Shown here piece after piece: positions 49,944 to 55,916 of a stretch of DNA of 55,916 nucleotides. The position numbers and the translations under genes were made by a program. Origin of the DNA: Octopus bimaculoides. Lineage: Eukaryota. The stretch spans positions 22,996,403-23,052,318 of the forward strand of contig NC_068991.1 of the NCBI RefSeq assembly GCF_001194135.2, read 5' to 3'. The notes beneath the pieces were generated by a model. It had not been told where the DNA came from, did not search any database, and was given only the letters and a program-made list of their open reading frames with translations. Each line of letters begins with the position of its first letter. The first letter of the stretch is position 1.

Positions 49944-52900
49944 GAGAGAGAGAGAGAGTGTGTGTATTTGGTTAAGGTGTCCTGTTCATGACTACTAGGT
50001 CATGAGTTCAATTCCTGGACCAGATAATGTGCTGGAACCAAGGAACTTCATTTCAAGTTACTCCAGTCTACTAAGATGCAATAAATAGCAGCCAGCAGCT
50101 CAGAACTCATTAGACACCTACAACAATAAGCGAAAGTATAGTACAGCTGGGTATTATGTAAATATTCTCATGTATGTAAAAATGTGCTTGTGTTTAAATA
50201 TACTTATATTAGAAAAAAAGTTTGCTATAAACTTCAAGTAAACCTATGCCTTCTAAATAAATTGGGTAAACAGAAACTATGTGGAAGTTTCCTTGTTGCA
50301 TTGTAATTGTACTTCAAAGATCTGGCCTAGCCACATACAGAATAATGCTGATCTTTTGTGTTTGGCTGCACCTATGGAAATTTTAAAATTTGTTGTATTG
50401 ATGTAATTTTCCATGCTGAATCTCAGGGACTAATTCATTTTTTCCAGAACATTTTTTGAAAAAAGTTAGAGGTTTAAAGTTTGATCATTTTTACCTAGTC
50501 AGAAAACAGGGTTTGGAAGCTGTTGTTTTGTGTATGACAGCACATGTCAACTGTAAACAAATGAAATATTGGCAGAATTCTACTTTATGCACGTCATATA
50601 ACACCTCATAACATTTTAATTCTTTGGAATTTTCAGATAATTTTTGTGAATTTGTATTTTACACACGGGAATTCATACAATTATGCAAACCGCCCCCACC
50701 TCCCAAAAAGCTTTTGGTGCGTGATTTAAAGCTTATTTAGTTATTACTTTTAGCACATCTCACGACCGCGTGAGTAAGCAGCTTGGCTTGTTACTATGGA
50801 AACAGGCACTTATATGTCTGTGACTTTCGATTGGCTAAAATTACCCAAACTTTGCAAATTTTAAAAGTAATCAACTCTTTATTTATTAATTTATGGCGAA
50901 AATGAATTTCATGTCAATGATTACCTTACAAAACTACACCAATACGCCACATATGAAATCAATTGGAACAAAAATTAGAGAAATTGAAAAGTAGTAGCCA
51001 AACAGAAAAGATTCGGCGCGTGAATTATGGTAAAGGTACAAATGTCAGTGGAATGTTTCCACTGAATACTCATTAAAAACAAAAAAAACATTTATGTATG
51101 TGTATGCTGAGTGTGTATTTGAATATAGTGAATGCTGGAAACAGGTTGTTTTTTTCTCTTTAATATAGATATTAAAATAATTTATACCTAATTCGATATT
51201 TTCGTAAATATATATATATTTTGTGAGGGACTTAATAATGAAGAGGTGAGGAAGAAATAACAGAGAAAAACAACAAAAAGAGAAAGGATTGAAAATAAAG
51301 AAAATAGAAATAAGTAGAAATTAAACGGAATGAAAACTAAATGGAGGCAAAAAAACAGTATGGAAAAGAAAGACGACAAAAAAAAAAGAGGATAATAAAG
51401 AGAAGTGATTCATTTTACTACTTGAATTTGAACAACCACACATGACAAATTAATTTTACTAGTGGAAAAGGACCCGTGAACAAGCTCCTAGAAGCTTCAA
51501 CATGGAAAGTATCCAGTATATCAAAAGGGGATCCAAAGAAAAAAATAAAACGGCATTCTTTCGCTACTAGCAGCAAACTTTAGAATGCCAATAAAACATA
51601 AAACATTCACATGACTAAACTACCACTGCTACTCGGCACAAGTTTTTTTACCCTTTACGCACTCGTTTGACCAGCTAGAAATAGCAACCAAATCTTCCTC
51701 AAATTCAACCCTAGCATCTTAACAAAAAAGAAAGACACAGTGGATAATATAGTCCATGATAAACTACACGCCAAATCGATCAAGGTTAAATAACACAATG
51801 GGGATACATTAGATATTTAGGAGGAAGTCAAGTCAACAACAAACAAGTAGATTTCACAAAGAAAGTCACAAGTTAGACAGCAGTTAAACGAGAACGGATA
51901 TTAGCTACATTGACTTTACAGTGAGCTTTAAGTGGTAATTATTTTCGACAAAGCACAAAAACTTTTTTCTTATTTTGTTTTTTATATGAATCGCGGATAC
52001 AACACTGATTTCTATTAACAAGGCTGTTTGTTTGTTTTTTCTTTGGTTTGTGTAGCGGATGGGATATAGTTGATTATATCGACCCAAAAGTTTTGAAATG
52101 TTGTCCATCGAAGTTCATGAGAAAGGAAAAGGTGCCGAAATGAGGGCAAAAAATATTTTTTTAATTTGAAATTTTTAGAATAAATTTTATTTTAGAACCG
52201 TTATTACTGAAATACTAAAATATATAGGTGAGGGAATATCCTTTTCCTTCGTCATTGGGTACGAGTCTTCGAGAGACAGCTACGCCAAAACCCCGCCAAA
52301 GAATCAAAGGCATAGCTAATACCTTTAATGAGGGCTGCCCATGGTTTTAAGTCCGTAGTCCCAAAAACTTGGCTAAAAAGAAAAAAATCACAAATTTTCC
52401 AAAATTTTTTAATAAAAAGATAACACCCCACGCACCTTTATTTTCAAGGCTATGCTATAAAAAAAAAAGGAAAAATCCCAGTCAAAACGGAGAAAATCCA
52501 ACTGATGTGGCCGTCCTGATCCGAAACTTGCTGAGTAAATTAGTCTTGAAAAGTTTAAAAGGCTTAACTAGCTAACACGGTCATTCAAACCTGCTAGAAA
52601 TAGCAGCCAAATCTGCCACAAATGACTTCTGCAATTGGATTGCTCAACCTGCTAGAAAATGTAGCCAGATCTCTCCAAAATCACATCCTATCGTCTTAAA
52701 TAAAGCGGAATATATTGGACATTATAGTCCACGATTAACAAAAGACAGGATTGTCACAGCTGGATCAGAAGTTTACTAAACAACGACCACCGAATACACA
52801 AATTCATTATTGACTGTCAACTTTTTAAAAATATAAAACCCATAAAAATAAAATAAAAGTCGTGACAAAATGACAAAAGCTTAAACAAACAAACTTCCTC

Positions 52901-55319
52901 CCAGCTGAACGTTTATGGAGGAAACTTTCTGGTCTTACCTCATGTTTGTTTAAAAGAACGTCAATAGGATAGTATATATGTGTGTGTAAGTTTTAAAACG
53001 ATCCAAATACCATAATGATATCAGAACTAGCAGAAGTAGACGTAATAGCTGTAGTGGTAAGATGGTTGTGATTATTAAAATCCAACCTCGAAAACAAAAC
53101 AAAAAAGCTTGAAACAAAGTCCGGGAAGTTTTATAATGGGGTGAGGTTGGGGTAGAGCCAAGTGGAGATAACCTACAGTGCGCTTAAATTACAGAAGTCA
53201 AACGCATATACACACACAGATTACTTCAACTCACGTCGTTTTGGGTTACGTCTTTTTCGACTTTAGTTTTTTGTTTGCCTTTTCTTTAAGAAAATTCATG
53301 GCAAAAAATAAACTTACACTTCAGTCGATTTATCCGACTTTACGTTGGTCTCACTAAGCGCATAAAAATTCAAGAAGAAAACTAATACGGAAGTAGAAAA
53401 TCACACGTGAATATACTACGTACAAACCACTTATTAAAACATATGAGCTACTAAATTTTTTTGAATGATTTTTTCGAGTCATGTCCTTTTCGAATTAAGT
53501 CGCTCTTCCTATCAACAACCTTCACCTATTTTCCAAGTAATTAATTTTTTTTTTTTTAATGTTTAATGGTCTTCAAAAATACAGAGCAACCTGTCAATTC
53601 TTTCAACTATAAGCAGAAGGCCTGAAATTTTAGGGGAGGGGCTAGTCGATTACATCGACCCCAGTACTCAACTGGTACTTATTTCATCAACCCCCGAAAA
53701 GAGAGCAGCATGTCATAATATCCACAAGGAATGTAAACATCACTACTGCTTCATTCATGCAGTAACATGCATGGAATGTTAACATTCCCAACATTCCTGC
53801 ACACGAGTTTCATTTTATCTGCCATCATACAAGAGCTCCTTTTCTCCAGTACATCTTGGATCTGATATCATTCTGTTTCCTGGATCATAGTGCCTTCTAT
53901 CATTGCCCTATCTTCTTAGCTATATCGTCTTGACTATACATACACATCTCAGAATACTGAGAACTACTATCGCTCATCTCCCTATCATGTATCCCTGTTG
54001 TACACTTATCAGATATTCACACCCCTACCTTTCTCTCTATCACTCTGAAAAGAGATTGTTGAACAAGCAGATAATGTTGGATTGTGAGGTTCTTCTAATC
54101 ATGTTAAAGATAAGACATCACAACCTCTTCAAAATGCTGTATTAGAAGGGGCATACGGCTGTAAAAACAATGCCAAAAATGAAGAAACACAGGAGAGATA
54201 TAGTCTTCTGAGTGAGTAGTATCCCTGAATACATGTTGATATTAAGCTTGTTAGCATGGAAAGAATGTAAAATGATCACACATATATATATATATAAAAT
54301 ATATATATATATATATACATGTCAGCTTTGGCATGGTTTCATGACTGGATATCCTTCCTAACATTGACCACTTTACATTTGTACTGGGTGCTTTTTTATG
54401 CCACTGGTACTAGTAAGATTATCAGGTAAGTTGCAAAACAGGAAAAGATCAAGAAAGGAAAAAAGCACCCTCAACTAAGTGGGGGAGAAGTGGCTTTATG
54501 CCATGTGTTTTAGGAGGTTAAAGTATGATAAAGGGACAAGCATAAATGTCTTGAAATAAAGAAGATACACAGCTACTCCGCATTACATACAGGTGGGGAA
54601 GAAGATAAGACGATAGTGACAGTGTGTCACGAAACAAGAGAGGATACAGACAGCAGATCAGGAGAGAGGAATGAAAGGTGAAGATTATTAGAGTGTAAGA
54701 GGAGGGTAATAGATGGTTAGAAATGAGGGTAGAGGTGAATGTAATGAGTGATGAACGGGAGTGGAGATGCATCTTGAAGAGACTTAACAATATGAAGCTG
54801 TAAAGAGAGACAAGTGGCTAAGGAAGTAGGAGCAGTGGGAAGAGAGAGATGTAGAGGTACATAAGGGTGGTTATAGTGAGTGGTCATGGTAGTAGATATG
54901 AGAGAGCACTGAGAATGATAGCAGATATAAGAGGTTTGAAGATGATGCATGCCAGAAGAGAGGGTGGGGGTTAATGGAAGTAAGAAACAAGGTAGTCAGT
55001 GAAAATAATGTGGGAAAAGATAATAATGAGAAAGATGATTGGAAGCAGAGAGGAAGGCAGAAACAGGTAATATAAGGAATTGGGGGATGTAATAGGTATC
55101 AGGGAAGGATGGGTGTTGGAGGAAGGAAGATACAATGTGAGAATGCTCGACTGAGAGAAACAGGATCCAGCATGTACAAACATAGACAAAATGTTTTTAG
55201 GACATCATATTTGCTGTGTTGGATGGGTTTTCTCAAGCAGAGCAAATTGTCAATCATCTTGGTCCTCTGTCATCCTCATGAGACTTAGCATCTTGAGATC
55301 AACCTTCACTGTTTTGTCA

Positions 55320-55560
55320 TATCTTTCTTATTTCTTTACTGCCCACTAGGGGCCACACACAGAGGGGACAAACAAGGACAGACAAACGGATTAAGTCGAT
55401 TATATCGACCTCAGTGTGTAACTGGTACTTATTTAATCAACCCCGAAAGGATGAAAGGCAAAGTCGACCTCGGCAGAATTGAACTCAGAACGTAACAGCA
55501 GAAGAAATACCGCTAAGTATTTCGCCCGGCATGCTAATGTTTCTGCCAGCTCACCGCCTT
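55320..55560 (-). mobile_element. tRNA-derived SINE, well preserved
   Basis: Homologous to 1620-1855; minus strand begins GGCGGTGAGCTGGCAGAAAC..GAGTTCAATTC. Confidence 0.8.
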
Positions 55561-55624
55561 GTCATATCTTTCTGGGTCTCCTTCTCCCATAAGTTCCATC
55601 CAATTTAAACATCCAGTGCTTTTT

Positions 55625-55916
55625 AAGGAAAGATTTGCCAATGTTCTGCGCCGTGAGGACCAAAGACTCGAGGTATTTCGGGTTGCAAGACAGTGTAGGA
55701 GAGAGAATAGTGATGTTGTAGGAGAGAAATGTGTTCGCATGGATGATGGTACGCTTGCATTAAATGAGGATGCAAAGAAAGAGGTCTGGAGATGCCACTA
55801 CGATAGATTGCTTAATAAAGAGAATGAATGGGAGAAAGAGAGCCTGCCTTATGTCGACCCAATAGAGGGACCAGCTATCCGAGTTGATAGTACCAGGGTA
55901 GATAAAGCAATTAAGA
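55625..55916 (+). mobile_element. RTE-like LINE ORF2 segment running off the window end
   Basis: Open frame KERFANVLRREDQRLEVFRVARQCRRENSDVVGEKCVRMDDGTLAL..KEVWRCHYDRLLNKENEW..EGPAIRVDSTRVDKAIK, typical of the EN-RT linker. Confidence 0.75.

Noticed and set aside
52500-52530. CTGATGT..GAAAC hammerhead-like motif
   Set aside because: The core A9 is missing, stem II has only 2 bp, and there are no supporting stems I and III.
1-55916. CRISPR array, rRNA, or a prokaryote-type operon or defence system
   Set aside because: The window is clearly spliced eukaryotic DNA, and no repeat-spacer array or rRNA-like sequence was seen.

Overview
AT-rich, repeat-dense eukaryotic genomic DNA. The tRNA-derived SINE families, RTE-type (ATG)n tails and (AT)n/(AC)n/(AG)n microsatellites look like octopus (cephalopod) DNA; this assignment rests on repeat recognition, not a database search. 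It is a draft assembly with N gaps at 3584-3593, 23400-23409, 23617-23626 and 37674-37771. Two protein-coding genes are well supported and converge tail-to-tail. (1) An intronless ABHD18/C4orf29 (DUF2048) alpha/beta-hydrolase on + (5547-7025). (2) A presenilin on - that I assembled by hand from 10 coding exons (40909 down to 20149; 1524 nt, 507 aa), all introns GT-AG, with both catalytic aspartates and the PAL motif intact. The rest is mainly decayed transposable elements: Tc1/mariner, hAT/Buster, RTE LINEs, a Penelope-like element, SINEs and MITEs. The most unusual structures are a near-perfect ~205-bp fold-back palindrome between the two genes (9746-10179) and a ~1.5-kb direct duplication bracketing the last two presenilin exons. 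I found no CRISPR array, prokaryote-type system or intact ribozyme, and nothing I can claim as a demonstrably new system. Coordinates of repeat remnants are approximate.
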